DNA from: Marsupella aquatica
Lineage: Eukaryota > Plantae > Marchantiophyta
Assembly: GCA_973895155.1 (NCBI GenBank)
Contig: OZ316898.1
Location: 7,241,079 to 7,305,078, forward strand
Length of the DNA stretch: 64,000 nt
Direction of reading: 5' to 3'
The notes beneath the pieces were generated by a model. That model had not been told where the DNA came from, made no database searches, and saw only the letters and a program-made list of their open reading frames with translations. Made by a program: the position numbers and the translations under genes. Below are positions 49,735-63,880 of the stretch, piece by piece; position 1 is the stretch's first letter; the number at the start of each line of letters is the position of its first letter.

Positions 49735-50420
49735 AAGCACAGGCATTAAAGGAATGGGCTCAAAGAAAGTACTCTTCTTGAAGTTGCTCCCAATCTCCCT
49801 GCATAAATGATGGATACGAGAGGCAGTCTCACGATGATCCACACGACCACCATGACTACGGAGGGTAAGAGTCCATTGTGGGAAAAGCATGAGTAAAGAC
49901 CTCTATAGGCTGTGCCAAGATAAACTGCATGAGTTGCAACAAGGAGGACCAAACTAATGGGCGCAGTGCTAGTGGGATGTGGAACTTATAAAGGCGAGGT
50001 CTAATGAACCCCGGATGGTAGGCTGGAAGGCGATCTAGAGTGCAAATCCAACTCCTCACCCAACTCCATGCCTTCTCAGGAGCCTCCAAGGAGGGAGGAG
50101 CAGATTGCGAGCTAACAGGGTCAAGAGGGGGCTGAGGCTGGGATTGTGCTTGAAGGCAATGTTGGCACCGGCCCCACCCGCGATGATGAGGGAGGGAGAT
50201 GCCAACCCAACCACAATTAGGACAAGTATGCAGGGGATGCTCATCAAGGGAGGGAGTAGGGAAAGACCGGACGAGAGTGGGGGTGGAACAGATGTGGATG
50301 AAGAGGCCGAAGGAGGATGCTGGAGGGGTGGAGGGGGAATGGGGTGGGGAGAGGAGCCAGGGCAACAATGGGGTGGGCAGTAGACTAGGGGGATTGGCAA
50401 AGCCCTGGGCCCCCAGCATT
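49735..50420 (-). mobile_element. CRE-like non-LTR retrotransposon, 5' part, continuing from 34296 across the CACTA insertion
   Basis: Pro-rich, Cys/His-containing N-terminal region (HTCPNCGW..HHRGWGRCQHC). The reading continues across the TSD into ...CLAQASEYCWAVQAL. May extend further into 51050-51480. Confidence 0.7.
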
Positions 50421-50434
50421 ATTAATAATGGGCT

Positions 50435-51035
50435 GGACGTGCGAACGGATGAAGGGTGCAAAAAATCTGATTTGAGATTAATTTTTATAATTGGCTTAGA
50501 AATATCAAGGGATGGTTTTATTCAAAGAACCTTTTCTAACTAATATAGGCTTATATAAATGTCACCCAAGTTAATATGCTTCAAGAGGTGATGTAATATG
50601 GATGTGACACGCGTCACAATAGGATTGGTCCTTGTGGTCACCCTTTATTGGAACATGTGTATATGACATATAATTATGCTTGCAACATCTATGATTCAGA
50701 GTAGTTTAGGACTTTGGAGCTTTTGAACCCTGACTACCCTGCCATGTGGTTCAAAAATGCCCCAAAGTTGAAGTTTGGGGTTAAAGGGTCACGAACACAA
50801 AAATGTATGTACCCAAAACCCTTCTAAAACACTCCCATCAGTTTTAGAACCGTTTGCACATGATAAATTTATAACTTTTCAAGGCTTTCATAAATGGTGT
50901 AAAATGTGAAATTATAATATCTCAAAGGGGCAGATTTATTCTCCAAAATTAAGTTTTTAAGAATAACAAGAGAAATTTTTATAGGCTTCCAAAAATAATA
51001 AGGGGTACTAGGGAGGGGGTGTACGCACGTATACC
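50435..51035. mobile_element. Possible AT-rich non-autonomous DNA element
   Basis: Begins GGACGTGCGAACG, identical to a 13-mer at 51503-51515, and ends with the partially inverted TGTACGCACGTAT (~51020-51032). It interrupts GC-rich CRE-like sequence. Confidence 0.35.
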
Positions 51036-51699
51036 TCTTTAGTTTACAAAGGCTGGGGGCTCAGGGTGGCAAAGCATCGGGCATGGGGTCATCACGAAGA
51101 TGAAAGAGATCCAGTGAAGAAGAGCAAACACAAAGGCGACCACAAGGGGGGGGAGGAGGGGGGAGATAAGTGTGTGGTGGGGCTGGGCGCTTGCCCCATG
51201 CCAACACTTTTAGCATAGACATGAGAGGCCACAACTCAATAAAAGCAAAAGCGCATCAAGAAGTGACAAAAGGCCCAATCGGGGCATGTGAAAGGAAAGG
51301 GGAGGCTATGGAGCAAGCCTATTGCATCAGTCCGAGAAACGGCGCCACCGCTAGCCTAGGAAACCATTAAGCAGATGCAGGCACAATAGGGAACAAAGTT
51401 GAAGCGCTCGTCGATGTGTCCACTGGGGAGTCGGTGTGAGTGAATATCCATCTGCTGATTGGAGCGTGCTCCCTGCGCCCTCAGTCTTAACTAATACATG
51501 GAGGACGTGCGAACGCTCAAAGGGTATTTTTTATTCATTTTGAACTAATAATTATAATTATTACCGGTAATAAGGGAACTTTTAATAGTAAAATGGAAAA
51601 TAACAAGGGGTAAACAGGAAAAAGGCCCGATTGCAGGGGGGTCCACTTCTTTTACATGGAATGAGGGCCCAGGGAGCGTGATGCTATAGCTCCAGAAGA

Positions 51700-52320
51700 T
51701 GTTGGAATGCAAAATGATCCACAAAACAAGGCAAAAAGCCACCCTGCCAAAACTGAAGAAGAAAAGGCAATAACCAATCGAAGGAGTCTAAGCATGGCAA
51801 TACTAAACCGTTGGGTCGCTCTTGGTATAGATTTGAGGCGCCTCAAGAAGAGCTTTCCAAATCAGTTGACAGATCCAGATTCCGATTAGAATAGAGGGAG
51901 ATATGGGCCTGACAATTGCACAAAAAGTCACCCTACCAAAACCAAAGAAGAAAGTTGAAATGAAATCCGAGGAGAACCGTGGCACAACTTGACCATTTGG
52001 GGCAATTTTGGGATTGATTTGAAGGCCTAGAGAAGAGCTTTTTGAATAAGTTGACAGATCCGGATTCCAAGTAGAATTGAGGGAGATATGGACCCGACAA
52101 TTTTGCAAAAAGTCACCCTGTCAAAATCGAAGAAGAAAGTCAAAATAAAATCTGAGAACCAGGGCAAAACTCAACCGTTTGGGGCAATCTTGGGATCGAT
52201 TTGAAGCATCTCACGAAGAGCTTTCCGAATCAGTTGACAGATCTAGATTCCGAGTAGAATTGAGGGAGATATGGACCCAAAAATTTTGCAAAAAGTCACC
52301 CTGCCGAAACCGAAAAGAGA
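51700..52320. repeat. Tandem array of ~185-bp units (~3.3 copies)
   Basis: Anchor AAAAAG(C/T)CACCCT at 51733, 51922, 52107 and 52290 (periods 189, 185, 183). Units share AGTTGACAGATC..GATTCC..AGGGAGATATGG. Confidence 0.92.
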
Positions 52321-55300
52321 GAAAGAGAGACCAAACAGGCCCAACAAACCAAGGAGTCTATGGTACCTCAAAACCTTGCAGGTGATGTGGGAGTCTCCAG
52401 GCATGTCGTGAAACCCCTTGGCTCACCAAAAGCGTTTGGGTGCAAGTGGCTGCAACTTGTTTTGGGTGTGTATCAACAGCAAAGAGGGTGGAGCAGGTAC
52501 ATGGTTTGGTGGGGCGGGCAGGGTGAGAGCCCGGGTGGGAGAATTGGAGGATTTGTTCCATAAAAGGATGTGAGGGCAAGAGGGTGGTAGGTTGGGAGGA
52601 GTACATGTAGGAAGAATGCAGGGTCACTTGGAGGGAGAAACCTGGACTGTCAAGGTATAACTCACATTGAGAAATGCTCTGACTGACTGGGACTCTGAGC
52701 TACTAGCTAGTGTACTTAGTATGATTGAATTGCAAACCATATGAATGAGACAAAGACACATTCCTTGGGCCTGAAACTTGTGAGCATACATATAATGTGT
52801 TTCAATGCCACCACCCTATTCATTAAAAGTGTATTTTATTTTGTTCACTTTATGGTCTTTAAATGTACACTTTTTAAACCCAAAAGATACACTATGGTAC
52901 AATACTTTACACCTAAATGATCAATTGTAAACTTGAGGGGGAAAAATGATCTTGACTATAAGGAGTCTCATTCTAGTTCATTTACAAATGATGAACATGG
53001 TGGTACATCTGATGGCCATCAACTTTATTTCTTGCCCAATTGTACACTTTTTGAAGGCCAAATGTACACTTTCTATTGCCTAAATATTCATAAATTGAAT
53101 AATAATTCACTTTTAATGAATATATTGACAGATCATATAAATTAATTGGCCCCAATGACATATACCCACATATACTGTGCTTCAAGGCACAATACCAAAT
53201 TAGTTCAACCAGCCAACCAATTAAAATATATTGAACAGTCACATCTTCCCAAGCATATATTGATTGAGGTGCCAAAAGGGTTTTTTTTTTTGGTACCTGT
53301 TGGTGCTAGCTCAGGTTTATTTTGACCTTGATATAATTTATAGGGTAGGTAGTGCTAATTCGATCAGATACCCAGGGGGCTTAAGAAATTATAATCAAAA
53401 GGCAACTACCTGGCTCCGCCACCTGGGTAAGCAAGTCCCCTTCTTATAAGGTAAGGTTTTATTTTTTTTATAATGGCTTTAAATCCAATTGGCCATGTGA
53501 AGTTTCATTGTTTTGATATGGAAAAACTTGATCAAAACCAAATTATATGCCTTTTTTTTAATACAAGGTCTACAACCAGACTAGCCAGCTTTGTGGGATT
53601 TTTATTTAAAATTTTAAAATCTAATATTAATAATTAGTTTAAGAATTGTTCTAATTCTATGTGGAAAGGAAGAAAACCAAACTTTAGATATGTGGACCCA
53701 GAAAATTCTTAAAGTGGAGATTGAACCCAGCTTTTTTCAATTTTTATATTTTAATATACCCAACCTTTTAGTCCATATATTAAGAACTTAGACCCTTGCC
53801 TATTATACAAGAGTTGCTTAGGGGGGGGGGGAACCATGCATGCTTTGGCAGCACATGTGACTCTCGATGCGACTTGACTACCATCAATGGCAACAAAACT
53901 CATTATGACGGATAACCCACCAAGTCGCCCACATGGCTTCCCTGTATTGACCCAGTTTACGACCCTGCACAGGAACGAAAGTCCAGATTTACCTAGGCTA
54001 TCATTGACAATTTTACCTGATAAAAATCTGACAGCCATACCCTAGTGGTGGCCACCCTCAGTCCTTCCACATCCGCCAAATGATTCTAAGTAACAGTACC
54101 ACATGAAAACAGGGCACCAGAATCAAAAGCCATGCCTGGATCACATCACCGCTATGTGGGAGGACAAGCATTTTATGTGATGACATGGGGCTGACCCTGG
54201 ATGTAGGTAGCTCCAATTTGCTGTCTTAACAAGGCCCAGAAGATGGAGTCGCATGGGGACCGTATGATGGGCTGCTGAAAAGCAACAAAATTAGAGGAAT
54301 TTCAGGAGGAAGCTAGCGTTTGCCGAGGCATTTTCCCGACTACAACTGGGAGGTGGACTCTCAATGTGAGGTGGCCCAAGCTAAAGTGCGGGCTAAAGTG
54401 ACTTGATGGTTGCCGATAAGGCCCTTCTAGACTTTGAAGCTAACAAAAGTCAGTGGATGGACCAGATTTGCAAGCCAATTGGATCAAGGATGGGGACAAT
54501 TCAAGATTGCTCTAGGCTCTTCCTCAAAACATTACCTTTGATCAAGGACCTCTCGAGGGGCCTTTCTTTGGATAAAGATATCCAGAAACTTATTGATTCA
54601 TGAGAACGACTTTGAGATTTATGACTGGGATGAGATATATGGCCCTCTGCACTGGGTTCTTTTCTTGTACCCTTCAAGATCAAAGGATATCCAATCACAA
54701 GTAGCTGCAAAAGGTGATTTCTTTGTAGTTGGACTTTGTCCGAGGCTATATCTTTGCAGAGGGACAGTCAGCCCTCAACTCATCAATGACCTAAGTAGAG
54801 GAGCTCTTTTTTATTTCCAAGGCATGAGCCAACAACAAATGCTCCAGCCCTGATGAAGTGACAATGGAAGTGTGTGTGTGTGTGAGACTCTGTGTGCACT
54901 CTTGCTGTAGATATGGACAAGTGTCTATCAGGAATGTGATTCAGAAAAACCTATGTCTGACCGCACTTGTACAAAGCTGAAGCTAGGATGGTTTACACTT
55001 CAATCTCTTGTGGTGGCCCATCTAAACCACATTCAAGTAGCCACTTACCATTGTCACAACAATACACAATGCAATACCCATGAGCTTGAATCCAGGTCAT
55101 GAGGGAAGTCTTGTCTATTCAATCAGGGGTCACCTCCTGGCCTGGGAAGATGACACTTAGTATAATCTACTGCCCCGTAGTTGTGCTCCTGGTTGTGCTA
55201 ATGCTTATCATATTTAAGTGATCACCAACTTGCATACTGTCATTGAATTGGAATGATTGAGATCAATTGTCATTAGAAGATCACCATTGACATGTAAGGA

Positions 55301-55762
55301 GTTCTCCTAAGTAGGCCTTACTTTGCAGTTGTGTGGGAAATCAAACAAGGGGAGAAACCACTTCCCCTCACAGTGGTGACCAAGTCTTCTTTGCGAGTCT
55401 TCTTTCATTGCTGCTAGCATTGCTACCCTTACCCAAGCCCTTACCTTCATGAGGTGTACTCGCTTGATTCCTGCTGCCAATTGAAAATACTTAACAGGTT
55501 TCCATTGTCGGTTCCCCTTCACCCAGTATTGATTTGCTCATATATCCTTTCGGGCAGCAGCCAGACTCACTGCATTGGACAACCATAAAACATTTGGCAT
55601 ATGGAAGCTGCTACTCAGTACAATTGGAAGGATGTCAGACCCTTCTTGACACCAACACCGTGCACCTTTGAGAGATGTAGGGTAAGGAGAGAAGACTGAG
55701 CTATGCACCGGCTTTACACAAGTGATCTGTGCGTTTTAGTTGAAACCTTTCATTGAAAGATT

Positions 55763-56125
55763 TGTTGGAAATTTTTAGGCATTTACTTTTAGTATAGGGT
55801 AAAGACTATAACCATAGTTAGGGCTAACCCGTTGTCGCAAACTAGGTTAGGTTATCTAGGTTGCACACAATATCAATCCAAAGCAGTGTTTGCTTGGATA
55901 GAGGAACTTAGGCTCACTGTTACGGAGCCAGTTGAGAGATAGAGAGATATTGTGTATATTGCGGAAACTTGGTATAGTCAACGGGCCTATAGTGTAGTAA
56001 AGCTCTTGTGTGTTCCCGTGAATGTAGCCTCAACTGAGATGAAACACGTATTCTACGACGTGTTGACTACTTGTGTGTTGGATGGTTTATGGGCTGCCCG
56101 TTGTGAATTTTGTCTTTGCTTAACA
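55763..56125 (+). mobile_element. LTR remnant (copia-like), 363 bp
   Basis: TGTT...AACA termini and an internal CCCGTGAATGTAG...AAACACGT motif typical of copia LTRs. Followed by the degenerate PBS-like TGGCTTCATAGC. No TSD or partner LTR seen. Confidence 0.5.
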
Positions 56126-57645
56126 GAAATGGCTTCATAGCTGCATATCTCCCTAGCCTCCCACCAATTCTGCCCATGGCATCAATGGGTAGGCTATCAT
56201 CACCCATGAAGTATAGTTTTAATAGTATGCTTTATTTGCCAATTCAAGATCAGCTGCCCAGCATCAGGTTTTAATATAATCCTCACACAAGTTTCTGCCT
56301 GGACCCCTGCATTGCTTGCAGGTTCATGCTCCTTGAGCTTGCTCTACTCACAATTTAGCCACTTGCAAAAATTTCACCAAGGGGATGATTGAACCCCCCC
56401 AGTTTTGGGTTGAGTTTGGATAATTAGAGCTAATTTGTGTCTGCAGGAATTGGACCTGGGACCTCAGGTGCCTTCCCATTGTGCTACGACTCGTTAGTGA
56501 TTATGGTTGTGCATCTCTTACAAAATCCATGTCTGTAGTAATGCAACAAACAATCCTGGCAGAAGGCATTCTCTCAGACAATCAAATGGCCTCCTCTCAA
56601 GGGTTTGTCTGGTACTAACATCTTTTGTCATTCGTCCCCTGTTATCCCCCCCCCCCCCCAAAAAAAAAAGAAAAAGAAAAAAAGAAAAAAGACTTGCCCC
56701 GCACTTGTCTACTTTATGGGAGGAGTGGAGTAAACTGCTAGGAAATCCTTGTTCTCTTGCATGTCTTGATCCTTTTCATTCAATCCAATACATGTTTATT
56801 TGATCCTTTGTAACATTTGCCTTTATCCATCCATTCAAGTGCCTTAAAGTACATGCCTATCTTGATTCTTCTCATGCCTTTATCCATCCATTCAAATAAT
56901 TACCTTTAACAGACATGCCCCGTTTGATTCTTTTTACTGTATCATTAAGATAGTGTAATAAATCTATAATACAGATTAAAAATGTCGATTAGTTTACTGA
57001 AAAACTATCTATGTCCCATCTCCTCCAAGATTATCATTCATTGCTGTTCAGACACGTATGCCCAAGCGAAGGACGTAAAACCTGCACTACAGTAGTTGTA
57101 CTGCCCATACTGCCATGTACTCGCGTCGAAGACCAACTTGGCTGATTTCTGGTCGTACTTGTTCAGTGACATGGAATGTCAAAATACCCAACTCTCTGGC
57201 AATAAACTGTAGTGCCATTTCCGTGTGAGAATAAATAATTATCAAAGTTTCCCACAAACTTAGAACGTAGCATTCTAAATATATTGATATGAACACTGAC
57301 TTTTCAGAATATATGTGTTACTTTTGTTACTTTAAACTGCCACTAGCTATGTAAAAGGGAGAACTACATTTCTCTCTATTACATGGAGAAATGTAAATTT
57401 CACTTTCATTTTTCTCTTCCCCCCGTTCGATATTGCTACACAAATTCAATAAAGAATACAATTTATAGTGAAACCTGATGTAACCACCAGGTTTCTGTGA
57501 TGGCAAATGATGCTTTAAAACTAAAAGACGAGCATGATATTTGGTATTGCCTTATTTACTTTACTGGAACGAAACTGGAGTTGTCTTACTGGAATGAAAA
57601 ATAATGAATATAATAGCACAAAAACCCGCGATCAATGTTTATACA

Positions 57646-57709
57646 GAGCAACAGTCGGTATTAACTCCGTCCGCATCAGAGCACCAGCCGGTATTAACTA
57701 CGTCCGCAT
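57646..57709. repeat. 33-bp tandem duplication
   Basis: GAGCA(A/C)CAG(T/C)CGGTATTAACT(C/A)CGTCCGCAT occurs twice. Confidence 0.85.
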
Positions 57710-60700
57710 ATTAAATATAATGCCTTGAATCAGTTCTTTTCTGAAAGGTATCATATCCAAACCCTTGCGTCACACATTCACACATCTTTGTGAATTCTGA
57801 GTTCTTTTGTCGTCCCCTGTCGTGACGGGATTGATTCGCTCGTGGACATCTCGATGAGGTTGAAGTTGTGGACATCACTCTCCTGCACTTGCCGTTGACC
57901 GTTGACACTCATATGGAGTCTTCGCTTTAGTTTATGTGTTATTATAGCTGGTTAGTTTCTGTCATGCTTGGAGCTTTTCTGAAAAGAACTCTGATTGAAA
58001 CCAACCAAACTTACAGGGGTGGAACTTTAATATGTATTTCTTATTGAATTCAATCGATCCAGTGTGGGAGATTGATGATGATGTCATTGGTCAGGGGTGG
58101 ATCGAAAGTCACTCGGAGTGCAAAATTGCAGGCTCGTGAAGACGAGGCCAATAATTGAAGGTCCCTTGAATTTTGTTTCAAACTGCACTCAAATATGCAT
58201 GCACAGGACTGCATACGAACCCTTTGGAAGCTACTATGGAAACTATCCTCGAGACTATCTCTGTTATGAAGTTTTTAACGGAGATATTTTTCTCGAAAGG
58301 TGTGGGATAAAGTTATCTATGGGTGACCAACACTAATGGTGTGAAGACTGTAGAGAGCAAAGGAACCTGACTGGAGTTGCTTTACATGCACATGGATTAT
58401 TACTAATCACATTGGAAATCGACTGGTTCCCTTCCATTTGCTCTTGGATTTAAAGTATTCTATAATGCAAGCAAACAAGAATTTTGTTAGCGAGGGGAGT
58501 AGTGTTAGCGAGACACTTGTGATTTTAAATTTCTTTTGCTTTTTGCTGCTTTTCTATTTTGTGTGTGTTTGTTATGACTCCAGATGGCCAGCGAGATAGC
58601 TAGCAAAAAGAGGAGTCCCCAAAATGGATGTTATCAACAAGGTTCCTGTTAGCGAGGCATTTTCATATAGAAAAATTAGGGGTCATGTGAGGAAAAGTTT
58701 AAATTTGCTCATGCGATGAAAATTTCTACTGTTTCCTCGCACGCCACAATGACCCCTAGCTTGGATTTAGGGTTAGAAAGGTCTTACTAGTCCAACTTTT
58801 CTGGGGAATATCATCACCATGTGAGTAAAAAGGACTTTTTTTCATGTTGCCAGGAACAAAGTTGCTAGCATTACCATACCTTTTTGTCATAGTAGTAAAA
58901 AACTAAATATCCGCCACTTTGTTAACAACCCTAGTTGACTTCACGCTTATGTGTCATTTTTTCAGAATATCCAATTTGTCTATACCTAACACAGTGCCCA
59001 AGGGCAAAAAATGCTGAAAGGGGAGACATGATCCCAAGGCAAAGCAACCCAATGAAGGAAAGGAAAGAGGGAAAAGGGCCCCAAGAAAAACAAGTCAAGA
59101 GGACCCCAAGCAAAAGCCAACCAAGGAGCAAGGGCCAAAAACTCCCCTTTTGCTCAGAGATCTAGAACTTGGCTTCAAGTATCTTAGGGGCTTTACAAGA
59201 TGGTGGGGGCCGTTCAATGTCTCTCTATCCAAACCAAAGCTGATGGCCATTCTCCTTGAAAATAAGCTGTCGTTTGCTACAGGTTTTTAGACCACCTCAA
59301 GAGGAGGTCTAAGTTTTTGACAAAAAAACTTGTACACAATAGCCAAAAAAATGGACACAAGGGGTCCACTGACAGATGACTAGGTTCCCTAATGCTGTTG
59401 TTTGATTGTGCCCCCATGTTCATGTAAAGTGAAGTGTGGCCAGTTCCCACATAGTACATATGAATGGCTAGGATTGGATCTCTCACTTAGAAAAAAGGAA
59501 TGCTGGCCCCAAGCTCTTGTAAAGCCACCCTTAAGCTGTGGGTCATTTTTCCAGAATATCCTATTTGTGTACTCGGCTGTTGGCTAGAGATCTACAGTAG
59601 ATACCCATTGGAGCCCTAGAGATGGACCAGAAATACAAAGTCACGAATCATAAAGAATCAAGGTTTTGACTCGCTAGCAAAACACTACGGCTTTACCGGT
59701 GAACTACCTCCTGTTCACTGTCAGTAACCTTTCGAGTAATCGAGTTAGACGACTGCTGAAATCTTTGTCGCCGTTCCTAGCTATTGCCAGGCAAGCTCCT
59801 ACTGTAGGTCCAGTTATTTGGTTTTCTCACTTTTCTGGTGCCACTGTCTAACGTTGTAACAAACAGAATCGGTAGCTACGATAGCAGCTGTTCGAACCTA
59901 GGAGTCCTGTGCACAGAGGCCAGCTGAGACGAGGAAATTTGCTTCCAACGGCGAAGCAGGGCTCTGCTAGATTTCAAAGTCCAATCTGAAACGAAATCCG
60001 TGCAACACGGTGATCTCCGCACTCTTGAGATGTTGGTAACCATTCCACAACCTTGACTGCTTTTCTATGCCTTGTGGGAACTGGGCTCTTGTCCGGAAGC
60101 TTATCCGATCAATCCGATCAATGCAGGTGGTTAGCTTCACTCCAGCAACACCCCTTGCCTCCAGCATAGTAATCGACAAAGGAAAACCCCGTCGATTCTA
60201 GCTTTCCACCCGGTTTCTGGGTTGAATGAGGTGATCGTCAAGTACTTTCCATGCAACAGGATCTCGCTGCCACCAAAAAACCCAATTTACGGATCCATTT
60301 CCGTCGCATCAAGTTGTAAAAACTTTAATTTTTGATTCATTTGTGTTTCAATCTAGGACTGGTTCACCGGGTGGTTCATAAACCAACTTATGCGACAGCC
60401 GCTAGTTAGAACCCTAAAGTTCCATCGATTGTTTTTGTTGACTGCCTACAGGCCTCTGTTATTCAACGCCCAGTTTATTCCCCGTTAGTAAGCACGTGCA
60501 CGAGAGCCAAAAAAGTAAAATTTGCCGGCGTTAACCGTAACGTACGTATCGTACGTTTTCAGATACAGGTCTTTTCTGGGACAGACCCAATTAGCAGCTG
60601 GCTTGCCCACTGCTGCCCCGGGGGCCTCTGCATCCCCAATATAAATTTCTCTCCGACCATGCAGCTTATCATCACTTCCACTTCCACATTCAGACATACA

Positions 60701-60978
60701 GGATTGTTTGTTGAGGTAGCATTGCTGTTTGCCAAGCACAAAGATTCATTGTTTGATTTCAGGAGCACTGACTTCATTATCGAGAGGCTCTGCATGCGTC
60801 TTTTGTAGAAAAGGTTGCGATTGAGAGTTGTGAACTTCGGACTATAGCAGATTTGATCACATCCCTGAGCTTCTTTCTCTGTAGTTTTGCCGAACAGAAC
60901 CTGCTCCGGCTCAATCTATCTTTGACTTCTCGAGATCACGCAATCGTTTGATCAATCAGCCCCAGCAATCAGTCAGAA

Positions 60979-61335
60979 ATGGCATTCGAAGGCAACGGTG
61001 ATTGCGACATCTGTGGCCATGCAGACTGCTCGTGAGTGAATTTCATGTCTCGGTCTCGGCGTTGGTCTTAATCTGAGTCAATCCATTAGTTCGGGTTTCA
61101 GTCAATTTCCCGGCAACATTTCCCTTGTACACCATCCTCTGTATTAATCACTATCAGTTCTAGATGTGCTCTGACTTGGTGGACTTTGCGGGCATGTATG
61201 TATTGTGTTCATTTTTCGCAGTCGCAATTCTTTCCTGGGTTCTAACGAATTCAGCTGTTTAATTTTATGACAGTGGTCACGATCGCGAGAATAGTGCATG
61301 TGAAGACGCTGATATGTACAACAACGACGAATTCA
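60979..61335 (+). CDS. Probable first two coding exons (60979-61031, 61274-61335) of an unidentified gene continuing rightwards
   Basis: ATG, GTGAGT donor, TTTTATGACAG acceptor and GTAACT donor give the in-frame peptide MAFEGNGDCDICGHADCSGHDRENSACEDADMYNNDEF. The upstream region is CpG-retaining and promoter-like. Confidence 0.4.
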
Positions 61336-63580
61336 GTAACTAGTCTGCACGTACTGGAGACGTACGCTTACTTCCCCTGCTTTGATTGATTCGAGATGCT
61401 CTGGTTATTTGCAATCTGGAAGCCAGTGAACTTACCAGCTTGGTTACTATGTTTGATCAAGTAGAACTCGATCGTTGGACACAGTTAGCCCGACGCCAAT
61501 TAAAATTTTGCTTCGTAGTGCTGTGAAGTAACAAAGGGTGGAATGATTGTCATTGGCACAGGTACAGATCTAGTGGAGCTAAGAAGTAGCAGTGGACAGA
61601 ATCATGTCTCGAGTACACAATTTCATTCCAAATTCCACTGGAGTCAGGTCCAGTGGAACTCAGCCAGATCTAGTTTACATAAGTGGAACAATAAGCTTGA
61701 ACCCAAAGATTCTACGTTGGGGTGTCCTTTGTTTAATTATTTAGAGTGTGAGTCCTGTAGAGGATAGATACAGTACATGTGGTCCGAGCAAGGATGATTG
61801 AATCTATTGGCCCAACGGACCATGCCTTGACGGTTGTGAACTCGTTCAATCGATTGACAGCAAATTGGGAAGGTTGTAAAAGTTAGTAAGTAACCCAGGC
61901 CTTTGGACATCATGATAGCTGTCAGCCTGGGAGATGTAGCTATGGCTGGTCAACCGACAGCATGGTGAACATATCAATGCCAGGAGTTTCTAGTAATCTA
62001 GTTTAAGGTCAAGATGCTCGAATTGGATAAACCTATGGTTCCGGCTTGAGTACTGTAACTGTTTCAACTTACCAATCGTTGGTGAACAGTTCTTAAATCA
62101 TTCTATTGTCAATCCTGAAACTATTTATTTAATAAAAGAAGAAAAGTACTGCGTTGATCAGTTCTGCTGTAAAATTACATGGATTCTGTCATGGAGTTGT
62201 CGGTTTTTTTTGTCTCGGACAGTTGTTCGATCGATCTGCTTTAATTAAATTTACATCCTTTCAATGGTTGAACAGTGAAATCGGGTTTGGTCTGGTACAA
62301 CGAAGACACTGACGCTAGCAATGATTGAGACTTCTGTAGCTGGACACCGTGTTCCAATCGATTCTTCCGCATCGATCTCTACGACATTCTCTTGGGCCGC
62401 CATAGATTTCAGACCTGATCTCGTACTGATGGTAAATTTCGAGGATGCCAGGCCGCCGTGTTCTTAGTTTTCTAGTTTTACGAAAGACATGATTTATAAT
62501 TAATTTAGTAAGAATTAATGTTACTGTTCCGAGTGATGAGTAAATTATATGGGCTCCTCTATGTCCTCGTCTCGTTACTGTCATTGCGCTAGTGTCAAAT
62601 GGCACTGAGTGACTTCTACATCGGCTGGTTTGCATTCTGCCCTTGGCTTGGCTGCATTCTGCCCTTGGCTTGGCTGCATTAATTGGCATATTTCATCTTG
62701 CTAAATTCTTGGTGAGGCCAAGCCAAATATTTGTGTAGGATATTTACGGGCAGTTGAGTCCTTAGTTTGAATGTTCTGCATTGCCCAGCCCATGCTTGAA
62801 TACATTTGTGCCCATGTTGATTAATTCATGTAGTTTGGATTTATAAGAAGGATCTTAAAAAGACTTCCATGATTGAGAACTGGCTTTCGGAAACCCTGCT
62901 AAGCTTGGAAAAAAAGGGACCATCAGAAAGGTTTTTAAAAATCTGATCCAAATGTATAAGAAAGGATGAAATTGAGTGTGAAATCCCAACTATAGAAGCA
63001 GCCAATGTAATGGAACTTATAAATATGGGAAAAATAAAAAGTCTGAAAGCAGTTATTGTCCTGCAGCAAAATTGATGTATTTTTTTGAAATTTTAATGAA
63101 ACATTCACTTGGACAAAGGCTGTCAGTTATGACATAACAAGAAGAACTAATACTTATGGACACGACATAAAACTTTCCTCTCTCTAACTACTTTTTCCAT
63201 TATTCACAAGGGTGGCTAATAATAGTACAGTGAATAGTAACATCAATAACTGAAGATCCCTTGAATGAACGAACCAAAGGTCAGCCAAATACGCACTCCA
63301 CAATCCACATGAACGCTACTTAGGTCCCCTGGTTGCCATCTAGGACAGACAGACAACATACCTGAATGGACCCCCGACTTATTCTAAAGCCAACTGTAAC
63401 AATTTTCACTCATTGTACATCCTAGATTCAATTTAAGAAAATATAGGTAGAAGACAATGGCCCCAAACATCATGTGAAAGCCACCCCTAAACTAGCCATC
63501 TTTACTGCATGGCAACTTTTAGATGATTGGGACCAATCTGACTCCTAAGTCAAGTCATACCTACACACCAGCTAATTTTT

Positions 63581-63880
63581 TAGTGCAAATTTTAGCCAAA
63601 TTCCACCTCTCCAAAAAACTGTTGCCACTTTTGGCTAGTATTGGCTACATTTTCCTGACACCACTAGCCACTCTTCCACCAAATCATGTACCCCATTAGC
63701 CACCTGATTAGCCAGAATCTAACGATCCTCCTTAAATCTAGGAATATCTGAGTCACAATTTAATTCAGTAAGATCTTACAAAGAATATTTCTAGAATCTC
63801 CTCCCTAAGAGAAGCTAACATTGGCCACACTGGCTAAAAATAAAAAACCTTAAAAAATACACTTCTACACACTTGTACTG
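63581..63880. mobile_element. MITE-like dispersed repeat; a second diverged copy lies inverted at ~31100-31282
   Basis: Shared blocks AGTGCAAATTT, GAATCTAA.....CCTTAAA.CTAGG..(C/T)ATCTGA, AACATT.GCCACA...GCTAAAAA. TAGCCA subrepeats and weak TIRs. Confidence 0.5.

Noticed and set aside
51700-52320. Tandem array as a CRISPR-like locus
   Set aside because: Whole units are homologous with no unique spacers, there are no cas genes, and the context is eukaryotic.
53900-55700. Possible copia RT/RNase H or other TE remnants
   Set aside because: Only faint resemblance (e.g. QWKPVKY); too degenerate to call without a profile search.
57087-60795. Short ORFs suggesting a minus-strand gene
   Set aside because: No consistent spliced model or domain could be assembled.
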